Shown: positions 62,328 to 64,000 of the stretch, one piece after another
How positions within the stretch are numbered: the stretch's first letter is position 1
Layout: every line of letters starts with the position of its first letter
Source: Entomortierella parvispora E1425
Lineage: Eukaryota > Fungi > Mortierellomycota
NCBI GenBank assembly: GCA_020891255.1
Contig: BQFW01000015.1
Span: 992,001-1,056,000, forward strand
Direction of reading: 5' to 3'
DNA: 64,000 bases
Program-made: the position numbers and the translations under genes
Notes under the pieces: model-generated
What the model saw: only the letters and a program-made list of their open reading frames with translations
Told to the model about the DNA's origin: nothing
The model's database searches: none

Positions 62328-63831
62328 TTAGAAGCGGAGCTTGGAGAAGAACCACTTGTTCTTGCCGCTGTTGTATCTGTTGAACGCGATAATGGAAAGA
62401 TGTGTTAGGTATGGATTGCTCATGAAAGAAAAAAAAATGGCATCTTTTCCAGGGACTCGATAGTTTTACCTCTCCTCGAAGAGCTTCTTGATGGCCTTCT
62501 TGGCCTCCTCGCGTTGGGTAGGCTCCTTGAAGGAATCAAGGGTGACGACGGACTTGAGGGACTCCAACTCCAAACCGTAGCTAATTATTGTGAAGAAACA
62601 AGGCAAGGTCAGTCTTTGATATCCTATAGTTTGCCTGAGCTCCTTTAGATCATAAGAGGTTGGGAAGACACTGAGAGGGAATGCACAAGATTGAAATCCA
62701 CAAAATCCAAGACCACTGAGTCGGATTGTGTTCGGTGTTTGGTCACAGCAGGCTCTCAAGTGAACAGAGCCATGGGAGAATATCAATCATTCAGTTGAAT
62801 TCCCTTCAGCTTTGTCATCCAGTCGTGTGCGTGTGTATGCTTGGTCCTGCTACAAAAACCCCTCAAAACACGCTGTTCAATGGTAATGCCTTCTAGAAGC
62901 GTTGCTTCCATTTGACCTGACTCAGTGAGTCGGCTTCTGCTCCAGTTACTATCCGATGAGCAACACTCCTCACGCCTCCTTTTCTCCATGCTTCCTGTCC
63001 CTGTAATTTCCGCCTCTGCAAATATAAAAAGAACAGGGAGAAGTTCCACAATGGATAGCGAGATATGAAGTTTGATCCTTACCGGGTGGGCATCATGTGG
63101 TTGTAGTTGATAACCTTGATGAAAGGCTTGACCTTGGAACGCTTGGCAACGCGCTTCTTGCCCATGTTCTTGGTGATCTTGAGGGGGTAACGCTCGACAC
63201 CAGCGACGATGGCGTGACCGTAACCGCGCTCCTTGGTACCCTCATCGACATGTAATAGACGGGAAAAATACAAAAAAAACATTCACAGGTCATACGAATC
63301 TGGCACAAATTTCCCAAAGCGAGGGAAAAGAGTGTGAAAGAAATCATTAAGCAACAACAAAATGGACAAAGAAAAAGAAAAAGAATAGAGAAACATCCTT
63401 GTGCTGTCGAGATATCCTGGTCCTGACATATAGCTGTTGTCATAGGTTGCAGTTGGTTCCAGCTTGGGTACGAATAGTCGGAGTGTGTGCAAACAAGTGT
63501 GGCACTTTCCAGTCGAGGGAGGTTGGTATTCGTTCTGGTTTTGGACAGAGATTGATGTTGGTGATCTCTTCATCCACGCTCAAAGTTGATCTTTTTGCTG
63601 CTCTGATCACGATGTTTGTTTCTCCCATGTAAACTTTTCCAAGCTCAATCCCGTTCCAACAGTCCTCTGTCCATATAGATGTTGTCCAAGTGGTATCAAC
63701 AAACGAGAAAGAAAAGGACGACAGAAAAAACAACAACGCTGAGGTGACCAGGTTTTTGCAGATGTTGGTTTGCTATTTTTCACGATGACGGCCTTCTTGC
63801 CGGCGTAGCGACCGTTAAGGATAACGACAAC
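62328..63831 (-). CDS. RPL27: 60S ribosomal protein eL27, 5'-partial (first exon lies beyond the window); four exons seen
   Basis: [19 protein letters not shown]|[24 protein letters not shown]...[18 protein letters not shown]|YGLELE...KKLFEER|[15 protein letters not shown]. Confidence 0.95.
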
Positions 63832-64000
63832 CTAAAAGGATGGAGGGTTGGATTGGATGTTGGGTGTGAGATGCATGTTTCTGCATGGATTGATGATGAT
63901 CTCTTCCTCCGCTGTGTTTTTGTCCTTTGATGAAATGAATCCGCATGCATGCATTCATTTGACTGGGCGTGATGGATGATGTCGATGCACTTTTTTCTTC

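Noticed and set aside
63814-63821. Perfect U12 branch-site sequence TCCTTAAC (minus strand) near the AT-AC intron
   Set aside because: It lies in the upstream exon, encodes conserved I-L-N, and is on the wrong side of the intron.

Overview
Gene-dense, intron-containing fungal genomic DNA. Gene style (polyQ-rich proteins, short GT-AG introns, long A/T homopolymers) suggests an early-diverging fungus such as Mortierellaceae; this is an inference. I find about 21 protein-coding genes: PASK/PIM-like kinase, epsin, amino-acid permease, GLI-like C2H2 factor, Erv25/p24-delta, an orphan, a CENP-P-like protein, PL14 lyase, ZIP zinc transporter, L-type lectin, RNR2, a CENP-B/pogo-type HTH protein, Tan1, Edc3, a DHA2 MFS transporter, a subtilisin, an SSXT/SS18-like protein, a NELF-A-like protein, a USP35/38-like DUB, Rad17/Rad24 and partial RPL27. 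There are four intronless tRNA genes (Gly-TCC, Val-CAC, Ala-CGC, Asp-GTC) and two inverted-repeat elements beside the first two tRNAs. The most notable signals are: (1) all four tRNA genes have CACGTG E-boxes about 50-125 bp upstream; (2) a convincing NELF-A homologue in a fungus; (3) an RPL27 intron that only fits the protein as a non-canonical AT-AC intron; (4) a foldback-like element just downstream of tRNA-Val; (5) a DDE-less, apparently domesticated CENP-B/pogo-type gene. All homology calls are from recalled motifs, not database searches.
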